Source: Eledone cirrhosa
Taxonomy: Eukaryota
Length of the DNA stretch: 64,000 nucleotides
Reading direction: 5' to 3'
Assembly: GCA_964016885.1 (NCBI GenBank)
Contig: OZ024743.1
Coordinates: 317,316,001 to 317,380,000 of the forward strand
The position numbers and the translations under genes were made by a program. Under the pieces are notes generated by a model. That model did no database searches, was not told where the DNA came from, and saw only the letters and a program-made list of their open reading frames with translations. How positions within the stretch are numbered: the first letter of the stretch is position 1; every line of letters begins with the position of its first letter. This document shows, in pieces, positions 26,501 through 44,500 of this stretch.

Positions 26501-29500
26501 TTTACAATAGGTACACTATATCACTGTATATCTGGTTTACAATAGGTACACTATATCACTATATCTGGTTTACAATAGGTACACTGTATCACTGTATATC
26601 TGTTTTACAATAGGTACTCTGTATCACTGTGTATCTGGTTTAGAATAGGTACACTATATCACTGTATATCTGGTTTACAATAGGTACACCATATCACTGT
26701 GTATATCTGGTTTGTAATAGGTAATCTGTATCACTGTGTATATCTGCTTTGCAATAGGTACACTATATCACTGTGTATCTGGTTTACAATAGGTACGCTG
26801 TATCACTGTATATCTGGTTTACAATAGGTACACTGTATCACAGTATATCTGGTTTACAATAGGTACACTGTATCACTGTATATCTGGTTTAAAATAGGTA
26901 CACTGTATCACAGTATATCTGGTTTACAATAGGTACTCTGTATCACTGTATATCTGGTTTACAATAGGTACACTATATCACTGTATATCTGTTTTACAAT
27001 AGGTACTCTGTATCACTGTGTATCTGGTTTACAATAGGTACACTGTATCACTGTATATCTGGTTTACAATAGGTACATCATATCACTGTATATCTGTTTT
27101 ACAATAGATACACTGTATCACTGTATATCTGGTTTATAATAGGTACACTGTATCACAGTATATCTGGTTTACAATAGGTACACTGTATCACTGTATATCT
27201 GGTTTACAATAGGTACTCTGTATCACTGTATATCTGGTTTACAATAGGTACACTATATCACTGTATATCTGGTTTACAATAGGTACACTATATCACTGTA
27301 TATCTGGTTTACAATAGGTACACTGTATCACTGTATATCTGGTTTACAATAGGTACACTGTATCACTGTATATCTGGTTTACAATAGGTACACTGTTTCA
27401 CAGTATATCTGGTTTACGATAGGTACACTGTATCACTGTATATCTGGTTTACAATAGGTACACTGTATCACAGCATATCTGGTTTACAATAGGTACACTG
27501 TATCACAGTATATCTGGTTTACAATAGGTACACCATATCACTGCATATCTGGTTTACAATAGGTACACTGTATCACTGTATATCTGGTTTACAATAGGTA
27601 CACCATATCACTGTATATCTGGTTTACAATAGGTACACTGTATCCCTGTATATCTGGTTTACAATAGGTACACTGTATCACTGTATATCTGGTTTACAAT
27701 AGGTACACTGTATCACTGTATATCTGGTTTACAATAGGTACACCATATCACTGTATATCTGGTTTACAATAGGTACACTATATCACTGTATATCTGGTTT
27801 ACAATAGGTACACCATATCACTGTATATCTGGTTTACAATAGGTACACTATATCACTGTATATCTGGTTTACAATAGGTACACTGTATTACTGTATATCT
27901 GGTTTACAATAGGTACACTGTATCACTGTATATCTGGTTTACAATAGGTACACTGTATCACTGTATATCTGGTTTACAATAGGTACACTGTATCTCTGTA
28001 TATCTGGTTTACAATAGGTACACCATATCACTGTATATCTGGTTTACAATAGGTACACTATATCACTGTATATCTGGTTTACAATAGGTACACTGTATCA
28101 CTGTATATCTGGTTTACAATAGGTACACTATATCACTGTATATCTGGTTTACAATAGGTACACCATATCACTGTATATCTGGTTTACAATAGGTACACTG
28201 TATCACTCTATATCTGGTTTACAATAGGTAGACTATATCACTGTATATCTGGTTTACAATAGGTACACTGTATCACTGTATATCTGGTTTACAATAGGTA
28301 CACCATATCACTGTATATCTGGTTTACAATAGGTACACTATATCACTGTATATCTGGTTTACAATAGGTACACTATATCACTGTATATCTGGTTTACAAT
28401 AGGTACACCATATCACTGTATATCTGGTTTACAATAGGTACACTGTATCACTGTATATCTGCTTTACAATAGGTACACTTTATCACTGTATATCTGGTTT
28501 ACAATAGGTACACTATATCACTGTATATCTGGTTTACAATAGGTACACCATATCCCTGTATATCTGGTTTACAATAGGTACACTGTATCACTGTATATCT
28601 AGTTTACAATAGCTACACTATATCACTGTATATCTGGTTTACAATAGGTACACTATATCACTGTATATCTGGTTTACAATAGGTACACTGTATCACAGTA
28701 TATCTGGTTTACAATAGGTACACTGTATCACTGTATATCTGGTTTACAATAGGTACACTATATCACTGTATATCTGGTTTACAACAGGTACACCATATCA
28801 CTCTATATCTGGTTTACAATAGGTACACTGTATCACTGTATATCTGGTTTACGATAGGTACACTGTATCACAGTATATCTGGTTTACAATAGGAACACTG
28901 TATCACTGTATATCTGGTTTACAATAGGTACATCATATCACTGTATATATCTGGTTTACAATAGGTACATCATATCACTGTATATCTGGTTTACAATAGG
29001 TACACTGTATCACTGGTTTACAATAGGTACACTACATCACTGTATATCTGGTTTACAATAGGTACATCATATCACTTCTATATCTGGTTTATAATAGGTA
29101 CACTGTTTCACTGTATATCTGGTTTACAATAGGTACATCATGTCACTGTATATCTGGTTTACAAGAGGTACATCATATCACTGTATATCTGGTTTACGAT
29201 AGGTACACTATATCACTGTATATCTGGTTTACAATAGGTATACTGTATCACTGTATATCTGGTTTACAATAGGTACACTGTATCACTGTATATCTGGTTT
29301 ACAATAGGTACACTGTATCACTGGTTTACAATAGGTACACTGTATCACTGTATATCTGGTTTGCAATAGGTACACTATATCACTGTATATCTGGTTTACA
29401 ATAGGTACATCATATCACTGTATATCTGGTTTGCAATAGGTACACTATATCACTGTATATCTGGTTTGCAATAGGTACATCATATCACTGTATATATCTG

Positions 29501-32500
29501 GTTTAAAATATGTACACTGTATCACTGTATATCTGGTTTACAATAGGTACATCATATCACTGTATATCTGGTTTACAATAGGTACACTGTATCACTGTAT
29601 ATCTGGTTTACAATAGGTACATCATATCACTCTATATCTGGTTTAAAATAGGTACATCATATCACTGTGTATATCTGGTTTACAATAGGTACACTGTATC
29701 TCTGTATATCTGGTTTACAATAGGTACATCATATCACTGTATATCTGGTTTACAATAGTTACATCATATCACTGTATATCTGGTTTACAATAGGTACACT
29801 ATATCACTGTATATCTGGTTTACAATAGGTACACCATATCACTGTATATCTGGTTTACGATAGGTACACTGTATCACAGTATATCTGGTTTACAATAGGT
29901 ACACTGTATCACTGTACATCTGGTTTACAATAGGTACACTGTATCACTGTATATCTGGTTTACAATAGGTACATCATATCACTGTATATCTGGTTTACAA
30001 TAGGTACATCATATCACTGTATATCTGGTTTACAATAGGTACACTGTATCACTGTATATCTGGTTTACAATAGGTACACTGTATCACTGTATATCTGGTT
30101 TACAATAGGTACACTGTATCACAGTATATCTGGTTTACAATAGGTACACTGTATCACTGTATATCTGGTTTACAATAGGTACACTGTATCACTGTATATC
30201 TGGTTTACAATAGGTACACCATATCACTGTGTATATCTGGTTTACAATAGGTACACCATATCACTGTATATCTGGTTTACAATAGGTACACTGTATCACT
30301 GTATATATCTGGTTTACAATAGGTACATCATATCACTGTGTATCTGGTTTACAATAGGTACATCATATCACTGTGTATCTGGTTTACAATAGGTACATCA
30401 TATTACTGTATCTGGTTTACAATAGGTACACTATATCGCTGTATATCTGGTTTACAATAGGTACACTATATCACTGTATATCTGGTTTACAATAGGTACA
30501 TTGTATCACTGTGTATCTGGTTTACAATAGGTACACTGTATCACTGGTTTACAATAGGTACATCATATCACTGTGTATCTGGTTTACAATAGGTACATCA
30601 TATCACTGTGTATCTGGTTTACAATAGGTACATCATATCACTGTGTATCTGGTTTACAATAGGTACACCATATCACTGTATATCTGGTTTACAATAGGTA
30701 CACTGTATCACTGTATATCTGCTTTACAATAGGTACACTTTATCACTGTATATCTGGTTTACAATAGGTACACTATATCACTGTATATCTGGTTTACAAT
30801 AGGTACACCATATCCCTGTATATCTGGTTTACAATAGGTACACTGTATCACTGTATATCTAGTTTACAATAGCTACACTATATCACTGTATATCTGGTTT
30901 ACAATAGGTACACTATATCACTGTATATCTGGTTTACAATAGGTACACTGTATCACAGTATATCTGGTTTACAATAGGTACACTGTATCACTGTATATCT
31001 GGTTTACAATAGGTACACTATATCACTGTATATCTGGTTTACAACAGGTACACCATATCACTCTATATCTGGTTTACAATAGGTACACTGTATCACTGTA
31101 TATCTGGTTTACGATAGGTACACTGTATCACAGTATATCTGGTTTACAATAGGAACACTGTATCACTGTATATCTGGTTTACAATAGGTACATCATATCA
31201 CTGTATATATCTGGTTTACAATAGGTACATCATATCACTGTATATCTGGTTTACAATAGGTACACTGTATCACTGGTTTACAATAGGTACACTACATCAC
31301 TGTATATCTGGTTTACAATAGGTACATCATATCACTTCTATATCTGGTTTATAATAGGTACACTGTTTCACTGTATATCTGGTTTACAATAGGTACATCA
31401 TGTCACTGTATATCTGGTTTACAAGAGGTACATCATATCACTGTATATCTGGTTTACGATAGGTACACTATATCACTGTATATCTGGTTTACAATAGGTA
31501 TACTGTATCACTGTATATCTGGTTTACAATAGGTACACTGTATCACTGTATATCTGGTTTACAATAGGTACACTGTATCACTGGTTTACAATAGGTACAC
31601 TGTATCACTGTATATCTGGTTTGCAATAGGTACACTATATCACTGTATATCTGGTTTACAATAGGTACATCATATCACTGTATATCTGGTTTGCAATAGG
31701 TACACTATATCACTGTATATCTGGTTTGCAATAGGTACATCATATCACTGTATATATCTGGTTTAAAATATGTACACTGTATCACTGTATATCTGGTTTA
31801 CAATAGGTACATCATATCACTGTATATCTGGTTTACAATAGGTACACTGTATCACTGTATATCTGGTTTACAATAGGTACATCATATCACTCTATATCTG
31901 GTTTAAAATAGGTACATCATATCACTGTGTATATCTGGTTTACAATAGGTACACTGTATCTCTGTATATCTGGTTTACAATAGGTACATCATATCACTGT
32001 ATATCTGGTTTACAATAGTTACATCATATCACTGTATATCTGGTTTACAATAGGTACACTATATCACTGTATATCTGGTTTACAATAGGTACACCATATC
32101 ACTGTATATCTGGTTTACGATAGGTACACTGTATCACAGTATATCTGGTTTACAATAGGTACACTGTATCACTGTACATCTGGTTTACAATAGGTACACT
32201 GTATCACTGTATATCTGGTTTACAATAGGTACATCATATCACTGTATATCTGGTTTACAATAGGTACATCATATCACTGTATATCTGGTTTACAATAGGT
32301 ACACTGTATCACTGTATATCTGGTTTACAATAGGTACACTGTATCACTGTATATCTGGTTTACAATAGGTACACTGTATCACAGTATATCTGGTTTACAA
32401 TAGGTACACTGTATCACTGTATATCTGGTTTACAATAGGTACACTGTATCACTGTATATCTGGTTTACAATAGGTACACCATATCACTGTGTATATCTGG

Positions 32501-35500
32501 TTTACAATAGGTACACCATATCACTGTATATCTGGTTTACAATAGGTACACTGTATCACTGTATATATCTGGTTTACAATAGGTACATCATATCACTGTG
32601 TATCTGGTTTACAATAGGTACATCATATCACTGTGTATCTGGTTTACAATAGGTACATCATATTACTGTATCTGGTTTACAATAGGTACACTATATCGCT
32701 GTATATCTGGTTTACAATAGGTACACTATATCACTGTATATCTGGTTTACAATAGGTACATTGTATCACTGTGTATCTGGTTTACAATAGGTACACTGTA
32801 TCACTGGTTTACAATAGGTACATCATATCACTGTGTATCTGGTTTACAATAGGTACATCATATCACTGTGTATCTGGTTTACAATAGGTACATCATATCA
32901 CTGTGTATCTGGTTTACAATAGGTACATCATATTACTGTATCTGGTTTACAATAGGTACACTATATCACTGTATATCTGGTTTACAATAGGTACACCATA
33001 TCACTGTGTATATCTGGTTTACAATAGCTACACTGTATCCCTGTATATCTGGTATACAATAGGTACATCATATCACTGTGTATATCTGGTTTCAACAGGT
33101 ACACTGTATCCCTGTATATCTGGTTTACAATAAGTACACTGTATCCCTGTATATCTGGTTTACAATAGGTACACTGTATCACTGTATATCTGGTTTACGA
33201 TATTTACACTGTATCACTGTATATCTGGTTTACAATAGGTACATCATATCACTGTATATATCTTGTTTACAATAGGTACATCATATCACTGTATATCTGG
33301 TTTACAATAGGTACACTGTATCACTGTATATCTGGTTTACAATAGGTACATTATATCACTGTATATCTGGTTTACAATAGGTACATCATATCACTTCTAT
33401 ATCTGGTTTATAATAGGTACACTGTATCACTGTATATCTGGTTTACAATATGTACACTATATCACTGTATATCTGGTTTACAATAGGTACATCATATCAC
33501 TGTATATCTGGTTTACAATAGGTACATCATATCACTGTCTATCTGGTTTACAATAGGTACACTGTATCACTGTATATCTGGTTTACAATAGGTACATTGT
33601 ATCACAGTATATCTGGTTTACAATAGGTACACTGTATCACTGTATATCTGGTTTACAATAGGTACATCATATCACCGTATATGTGGTTTACAATAGGTAC
33701 ACTGTATCACAGTATATCTGGTTTACAATAGGTACACTGTATCACTGTATATCTGGTTTACAATAGGTACATCATATCACTGTATATCTGGTTTACAATA
33801 GGTACACTATATCACTGTATATCTGGTTTACAATAGGTACACTGTATCACTGTATATCTGGTTTACAATAGGTACACTGTATCCCTGGTTTACAATAGGT
33901 ACTCTGTATCACTGTATATCTGGTTTACAATAGGTACACTGTATCACTGTATATCTGGTTTACAATAGGTACACTGTATCACCGTATATCTGGTTTACAA
34001 TAGGTACACTGTATCACTGTATATCTGGTTTACAATAGGTACACTGTATCACTGGTTTACAATAGGTACATCATATCACTATATATCTGGTTTACAATAG
34101 GTACACTATATCACTGTATATCTGGTTTACAATAGGTACACTGTATCACTGTATATCTGGTTTACAATAGGTACACTGTATCACTGTATATCTGGTTTAC
34201 AATAGGTACACTATATCACTGTATATCTGGTTTACAATAGGTACATCATATCACTGTATATCTGGTTTACAATAGGTACACTATATCACTGTATATCTGG
34301 TTTACAATAGGTACACCATATCACTGTGTATATCTGGTTTACAATAGCTACACTGTATCCCTGTATATCTGGTATACAATAGGTACATCATATCACTGTG
34401 TATATCTGGTTTCAACAGGTACACTGTATCCCTGTATATCTGGTTTACAATAAGTACACTGTATCCCTGTATATCTGGTTTACAATAGGTACACTGTATC
34501 ACTGTATATCTGGTTTACGATATTTACACTGTATCACTGTATATCTGGTTTACAATAGGTACATCATATCACTGTATATATCTTGTTTACAATAGGTACA
34601 TCATATCACTGTATATCTGGTTTACAATAGGTACACTGTATCACTGTATATCTGGTTTACAATAGGTACACTGTATCACTGTATATCTGGTTTACAATAG
34701 GTACACTGTATCACTGTATATCTGGTTTACAATAGGTACACTATATCACTGTATATCTGGTTTACAATAGGTACATCATATCACTGTATATCTGGTTTAC
34801 AATAGGTACACTGTATCACTGTATATCTGGTTTACAATAGGTACACTGTTTCCTTGTATATCTGGTTTACAATAGGTACACTGTATCACAGTTTATCTGG
34901 TTTACAATAGGTACACTATATCATTGTATATCTGGTTTATAATAGGTACACTGTATCACTGTATATCTGGTTTACAATAGGTACACTGTATCACTGTATA
35001 TCTGGTTTACAATAGGTACACTGTATCACTGTATATCTGGTTTACAATAGGTATACTATATTACTGTATATCTGGTTTACAATAGGTACATCATATCACT
35101 GTATATCTGGTTTACAATAGGTACACTGTATCACTGTATATCTGGTTTACAATAGGTACACCATATCACTGTGTATATCTGGTTTACAATAGGTACACTA
35201 TATCACTGTATATATCTGGTTTACAATAGGTACTCTACATCACTATATCTGGTTTACAATAGGTACACTGTATCACTGTATATCTGGTTTACAATAGGTA
35301 CACTGTATCACTGTATATCTGGTTTAAAATAGGTACACTGTTTCCTTGTATATCTGGTTTACAATAGGTACACTGTATCACAGTATATCTGGTTTACAAT
35401 ATTTACACTGTATCATTGTATATCTGATTTACAATAGGTACACCATATCACTGTATATCTGGTTTACAATAGGTACACTGTATCACTGTATATATCTGGT

Positions 35501-38500
35501 TTACAATAGGTACATCATATCACTGTGTATCTGGTTTACAATAGGTACATCATATCACTGTGTATCTGGTTTACAATAGGTACATCATATCACTGTATCT
35601 GGTTTACAACAGGTACACTACATCACTGTATATCTGGTTTACAATAGGTACACTATATCACTGTATAACTGGTTTACAATAGGTACACTGTATCACTGTA
35701 TATCTGGTTTACAATAGGTACACTGTATCACTGGTTTACAATAGGTACACTATATCACTGTATATCTGGTTTACAATAGGTACACTGTATCACAGTATAT
35801 CTGATTTACAATAGGTACAATGTATCACTGTATATCTGGTTTACAATAGGTACACTGTATCACTGTATATCTGGTTTACAATAGGTACATCATATCACTG
35901 TATATCTGGTTTACAATAGGTACACTGTATCACTGTATATCTGGTTTACAATAGGTACACTGTATCACTGTATATCTGGTTTACAATAGGTACACTGTAT
36001 CACTGTATATCTGGTTTACAATAGGTACACTGTTTCCTTGTATATCTGGTTTACAATAGGTACACTGTTTCCTTGTATATCTGGTTTACAATAGGTACAC
36101 TGTATCACAGTTTATCTGGTTTACAATAGGTACACTATATCATTGTATATCTGGTTTATAATAGGTACACTGTATCACTGTATATCTGGTTTACAATAGG
36201 TACACTGTATCACTGGTTTACAATAGGTACACTGTATCACTGTATATCTGGTTTACAATAGGTACATCATATCACTGTCTATCTGGTTTACAATAGGTAC
36301 ACTGTATCACTGTATATCTGGTTTACAATAGGTACACTGTATCACAGTATATCTGGTTTACAATAGGTACACTGTATCACTGTATATCTGGTTTACAATA
36401 GGTACATCATATCACTGTATATCTGGTTTACAATAGGTACACTATATCACTGTATATCTGGTTTACAATAGGTACACTGTATCACTGTATATCTGGTTTA
36501 CAATAGCTACACTGTATCACTGTATATCTGGTTTACAATAGGTACATCATATCACTGTATATCTGGTTTACAATAGGTACACTGTATCACTGTATATCTG
36601 GTTTACAATAGGTACACTGTTTCCTTGTATATCTGGTTTACAATAGGTACACTGTATCACAGTTTATCTGGTTTACAATAGGTACACTATATAATTGTAT
36701 ATCTGGTTTATAATAGGTACACTGTATCACTGTATATCTGGTTTACAATAGGTACACTGTATCACTGTATATCTGGTTTACAATAGGTACACTGTATCAC
36801 TGTATATCTGGTTTACAATAGGTACACTATATCACTGTATATCTGGTTTACAATAGGTACATCATATCACTGTATATCTGGTTTACAATAGGTACACTGT
36901 ATCACTGTATATCTGGTTTACAATAGGTACACCATATCACTGTGTATATCTGGTTTACAATAGGTACACTGTATCACTGTATATATCTGGTTTACAATAG
37001 GTACTCTACATCACTATATCTGGTTTACAATAGGTACACTGTATCACTGTATATCTGGTTTACAATAGGTACACTGTATCACTGTATATCTGGTTTAAAA
37101 TAGGTACACTGTTTCCTTGTATATCTGGTTTACAATAGGTACACTGTATCACAGTATATCTGGTTTACAATATTTACACTGTATCATTGTATATCTGGTT
37201 TACAATAGGTACACCATATCACTGTATATCTGGTTTACAATAGGTACACTGTATCACTGTATATATCTGGTTTACAATAGGTACATCATATCACTGTGTA
37301 TCTGGTTTACAATAGGTACATCATATCACTGTGTATCTGGTTTACAATAGGTACATCATATCACTGTATCTGGTTTACAACAGGTACACTACATCACTGT
37401 ATATCTGGTTTACAATAGGTACACTATATCACTGTATAACTGGTTTACAATAGGTACACTGTATCACTGTATATCTGGTTTACAATAGGTACACTGTATC
37501 ACTGGTTTACAATAGGTACACTATATCACTGTATATCTGGATTACAATAGGTACACTGTATCACAGTATATCTGATTTACAATAGGTACAATGTATCACT
37601 GTATATCTGGTTTACAATAGGTACACTGTATCACTGTATATCTGGTTTACAATAGGTACATCATATCACTGTATATCTGGTTTACAATAGGTACACTGTA
37701 TCACTGGTTTACAATAGGTACACTATATCACTGTATATCTGGTTTACAATAGGTACACTGTATCACAGTATATCTGATTTACAATAGGTACAATGTATCA
37801 CTGTATATCTGGTTTACAATAGGTACACTGTATCACTGTATATCTGGTTTACAATAGGTACATCATATCACTGTATATCTGGTTTACAATAGGTACACTG
37901 TATCACTGTATATCTGGTTTACAATAGGTACACTGTATCACTGTATATCTGGTTTACAATAGGTACACTGTATCACTGTATATCTGGTTTACAATAGGTA
38001 CACTGTTTCCTTGTATATCTGGTTTACAATAGGTACACTGTTTCCTTGTATATCTGGTTTACAATAGGTACACTGTATCACAGTTTATCTGGTTTACAAT
38101 AGGTACACTATATCATTGTATATCTGGTTTATAATAGGTACACTGTATCACTGTATATCTGGTTTACAATAGGTACACTGTATCACTGGTTTACAATAGG
38201 TACACTGTATCACTGTATATCTGGTTTACAATAGGTACATCATATCACTGTCTATCTGGTTTACAATAGGTACACTGTATCACTGTATATCTGGTTTACA
38301 ATAGGTACACTGTATCACAGTATATCTGGTTTACAATAGGTACACTGTATCACTGTATATCTGGTTTACAATAGGTACATCATATCACTGTATATCTGGT
38401 TTACAATAGGTACACTATATCACTGTATATCTGGTTTACAATAGGTACACTGTATCACTGTATATCTGGTTTACAATAGCTACACTGTATCACTGTATAT

Positions 38501-41500
38501 CTGGTTTACAATAGGTACATCATATCACTGTATATCTGGTTTACAATAGGTACACTGTATCACTGTATATCTGGTTTACAATAGGTACACTGTTTCCTTG
38601 TATATCTGGTTTACAATAGGTACACTGTATCACAGTTTATCTGGTTTACAATAGGTACACTATATAATTGTATATCTGGTTTATAATAGGTACACTGTAT
38701 CACTGTATATCTGGTTTACAATAGGTACACTGTATCACTGTATATCTGGTTTACAATAGGTACACTGTATCACTGTATATCTGGTTTACAATAGGTACAC
38801 TATATCACTGTATATCTGGTTTACAATAGGTACATCATATCACTGTATATCTGGTTTACAATAGGTACACTGTATCACTGTATATCTGGTTTACAATAGG
38901 TACACCATATCACTGTGTATATCTGGTTTACAATAGGTACACTGTATCACTGTATATATCTGGTTTACAATAGGTACTCTACATCACTATATCTGGTTTA
39001 CAATAGGTACACTGTATCACTGTATATCTGGTTTACAATAGGTACACTGTATCACTGTATATCTGGTTTAAAATAGGTACACTGTTTCCTTGTATATCTG
39101 GTTTACAATAGGTACACTGTATCACAGTATATCTGGTTTACAATATTTACACTGTATCATTGTATATCTGGTTTACAATAGGTACACCATATCACTGTAT
39201 ATCTGGTTTACAATAGGTACACTGTATCACTGTATATATCTGGTTTACAATAGGTACATCATATCACTGTGTATCTGGTTTACAATAGGTACATCATATC
39301 ACTGTGTATCTGGTTTACAATAGGTACATCATATCACTGTTCTGGTTTACAACAGGTACACTACATCACTGTATATCTGGTTTACAATAGGTACACTATA
39401 TCACTGTATAACTGGTTTACAATAGGTACACTGTATCACTGTATATTCTGGTTTACAATAGGTACACTGTATCACTGGTTTACAATAGGTACACTATATC
39501 ACTGTATATCTGGATTACAATAGGTACACTGTATCACAGTATATCTGATTTACAATAGGTACAATGTATCACTGTATATCTGGTTTACAATAGGTACACT
39601 GTATCACTGTATATCTGGTTTACAATAGGTACATCATATCACTGTATATCTGGTTTACAATAGGTACACTGTATCACTGTATATCTGGTTTACAATAGGT
39701 ACACTGTATCACTGTATATCTGGTTTACAATAGGTACACTGTATCACTGTATATCTGGTTTACAATAGGTACACTGTTTCCTTGTATATCTGGTTTACAA
39801 TAGGTACACTGTTTCCTTGTATATCTGGTTTACAATAGGTACACTGTATCACAGTTTATCTGGTTTACAATAGGTACACTATATCATTGTATATCTGGTT
39901 TATAATAGGTACACTGTATCACTGTATATCTGGTTTACAATAGGTACACTGTATCACTGGTTTACAATAGGTACACTGTATCACTGTATATCTGGTTTAC
40001 AATAGGTACACTATATCACTGTATATCTGGTTTACAATAGGTACATCATATCACTGTATATCTGGTTTACAATAGGTACACTGTATCACTGTATATCTGG
40101 TTTACAATTGGTACACCATATCACTGTGTATATCTGGTTTACAATAGGTACACTGTATCACTGTATATATCTGGTTTACAATAGGTACTCTATATCACTG
40201 TATATCTGGTTTACAATAGGTACACTGTATCACTGTATATCTGGTTTACAATAGGTACACTGTATCACTGTATATCTGGTTTACAATAGGTACACTGTTT
40301 CCTTGTATATCTGGTTTACAATAGGTACACTGTATCACAGTATATCTGGTTTACAATAGGTACACCATATCACTGTATATCTAGTTTACAATAGGTTCAC
40401 TGTATCACTGTATATATCTGGTTTACAATAGGTACATCATATCACTGTGTATCTGGTTTACAATAGGTACATCATATCACTGTGTATCTGGTTTACAATA
40501 GGTACATCATATCACTGTATCTGGTTTACAATAGGTACACTATATCACAGTATATCTGGTTTACAATAGGTACACTATATCACTGTATATCTGGTTTACA
40601 ATAGGTACACTGTATCACAGTATATCTGGTTTACAATAGGTACACTGTATTACTGTATATCTGGTTTACAATAGGTACACTATATCACTGTATATCTGGT
40701 TTACAATAGGTTCACTGTTTCCTCGTATATCTGGTTTACAATAGGTACACTGTATCACTGTATATCTGGTTTACAATAGGTACACTGTATCACTGTATAT
40801 CTGGTTTACAATAGGTACACTGTTTCCTTGTATATCTGGTTTACAATAGGTACACTGTATCACAGTATATCTGGTTTACAATAGGTACACCATATCACTG
40901 TATATCTAGTTTACAATAGGTTCACTGTATCACTGTATATATCTGGTTTACAATAGGTACATCATATCACTGTGTATCTGGTTTACAATAGGTACATCAT
41001 ATCACTGTATCTGGTTTACAATAGGTACACTATATCACTGTATATCTGGTTTACAATAGGTACACTATATCACTGTATATCTTGTTTACAATAGGTACAC
41101 TGTATCACAGTATATCTGGTTTACAATAGGTACACTGTATTACTGTATATCTGGTTTACAATAGGTACACTATATCACTGTATATCTGGTTTACAATAGG
41201 TACACTGTTTCCTCGTATATCTGGTTTACAATAGGTACACTGTATCACAGTATATCTGGTTTACAATAGGTACACTGTATCACTGTATATTTGGTTTACA
41301 ATAGGTACACTGTTTCCTTGTATATCTGGTTTACAATAGGTACACTGTATCACAGTTTATCTGGTTTACAATAGGTACACTATATCATTGTATATCTGGT
41401 TTATAATAGGTACACTGTATCACTGTATATCTGGTTTACAATAGGTACATCATATCACTGTATATCCGGTTTACAATAGGTACACTGTATCACTGTATAT

Positions 41501-44500
41501 CTGGTTTACAATAGGTACACTGTATCACTGTTTATTTGGTTTACAATAGGTACACTGTATCACTGTATATCTGGTTTAAAATAGGTACACTGTTTCCTTG
41601 TATATCTGGTTTACAATAGGTACACTGTATCACAGTATATCTGGTTTACAATATTTACACTGTATCATTGTATATCTGGTTTACAATAGGTACACCATAT
41701 CACTGTATATCTGGTTTACAATAGGTACACTGTATCACTGTATATATCTGGTTTACAATAGGTACATCATATCACTGTGTATCTGGTTTACAATAGGTAC
41801 ATCATATCACTGTGTATCTGGTTTACAATAGGTACATCATATCACTGTATCTGGTTTACAACAGGTACACTACATCACTGTATATCTGGTTTACAATAGG
41901 TACACTATATCACTGTATAACTGGTTTACAATAGGTACACTGTATCACTGTATATCTGGTTTACAATAGGTACACTGTATCACTGGTTTACAATAGGTAC
42001 ACTATATCACTGTATATCTGGATTACAATAGGTACACTGTATCACAGTATATCTGATTTACAATAGGTACAATGTATCACTGTATATCTGGTTTACAATA
42101 GGTACACTGTATCACTGTATATCTGGTTTACAATAGGTACATCATATCACTGTATATCTGGTTTACAATAGGTACACTGTATCACTGTATATCTGGTTTA
42201 CAATAGGTACACTGTATCACTGTATATCTGGTTTACAATAGGTACACTGTATCACTGTATATCTGGTTTACAATAGGTACACTGTTTCCTTGTATATCTG
42301 GTTTACAATAGGTACACTGTTTCCTTGTATATCTGGTTTACAATAGGTACACTGTATCACAGTTTATCTGGTTTACAATAGGTACACTATATCATTGTAT
42401 ATCTGGTTTATAATAGGTACACTGTATCACTGTATATCTGGTTTACAATAGGTACACTGTATCACTGGTTTACAATAGGTACACTGTATCACTGTATATC
42501 TGGTTTACAATAGGTACACTATATCACTGTATATCTGGTTTACAATAGGTACATCATATCACTGTATATCTGGTTTACAATAGGTACACTGTATCACTGT
42601 ATATCTGGTTTACAATTGGTACACCATATCACTGTGTATATCTGGTTTACAATAGGTACACTGTATCACTGTATATATCTGGTTTACAATAGGTACTCTA
42701 TATCACTGTATATCTGGTTTACAATAGGTACACTGTATCACTGTATATCTGGTTTACAATAGGTACACTGTATCACTGTATATCTGGTTTACAATAGGTA
42801 CACTGTTTCCTTGTATATCTGGTTTACAATAGGTACACTGTATCACAGTATATCTGGTTTACAATAGGTACACCATATCACTGTATATCTAGTTTACAAT
42901 AGGTTCACTGTATCACTGTATATATCTGGTTTACAATAGGTACATCATATCACTGTGTATCTGGTTTACAATAGGTACATCATATCACTGTGTATCTGGT
43001 TTACAATAGGTACATCATATCACTGTATCTGGTTTACAATAGGTACACTATATCACAGTATATCTGGTTTACAATAGGTACACTATATCACTGTATATCT
43101 GGTTTACAATAGGTACACTGTATCACAGTATATCTGGTTTACAATAGGTACACTGTATTACTGTATATCTGGTTTACAATAGGTACACTATATCACTGTA
43201 TATCTGGTTTACAATAGGTTCACTGTTTCCTCGTATATCTGGTTTACAATAGGTACACTGTATCACTGTATATCTGGTTTACAATAGGTACACTGTATCA
43301 CTGTATATCTGGTTTACAATAGGTACACTGTTTCCTTGTATATCTGGTTTACAATAGGTACACTGTATCACAGTATATCTGGTTTACAATAGGTACACCA
43401 TATCACTGTATATCTAGTTTACAATAGGTTCACTGTATCACTGTATATATCTGGTTTACAATAGGTACATCATATCACTGTGTATCTGGTTTACAATAGG
43501 TACATCATATCACTGTATCTGGTTTACAATAGGTACACTATATCACTGTATATCTGGTTTACAATAGGTACACTATATCACTGTATATCTTGTTTACAAT
43601 AGGTACACTGTATCACAGTATATCTGGTTTACAATAGGTACACTGTATTACTGTATATCTGGTTTACAATAGGTACACTATATCACTGTATATCTGGTTT
43701 ACAATAGGTACACTGTTTCCTCGTATATCTGGTTTACAATAGGTACACTGTATCACAGTATATCTGGTTTACAATAGGTACACTGTATCACTGTATATTT
43801 GGTTTACAATAGGTACACTGTTTCCTTGTATATCTGGTTTACAATAGGTACACTGTATCACAGTTTATCTGGTTTACAATAGGTACACTATATCATTGTA
43901 TATCTGGTTTATAATAGGTACACTGTATCACTGTATATCTGGTTTACAATAGGTACATCATATCACTGTATATCCGGTTTACAATAGGTACACTGTATCA
44001 CTGTATATCTGGTTTACAATAGGTACACTGTATCACTGTTTATTTGGTTTACAATAGGTACACTGTATCACTGTATATCTGGTTTAAAATAGGTACACTG
44101 TTTCCTTGTATATCTGGTTTACAATAGGTACACTGTATCACAGTATATCTGGTTTACAATATTTACACTGTATCATTGTATATCTGGTTTACAATAGGTA
44201 CACCATATCACTGTATATCTGGTTTACAATAGGTACACTGTATCACTGTATATATCTGGTTTACAATAGGTACATCATATCACTGTGTATCTGGTTTACA
44301 ATAGGTACATCATATCACTGTGTATCTGGTTTACAATAGGTACATCATATCACTGTATCTGGTTTACAACAGGTACACTACATCACTGTATATCTGGTTT
44401 ACAATAGGTACACTATATCACTGTATATCTGGTTTACAATAGGTACACTGTATCACTGTATATCTGGTTTACAATAGGTACACTGTATCACTGGTTTACA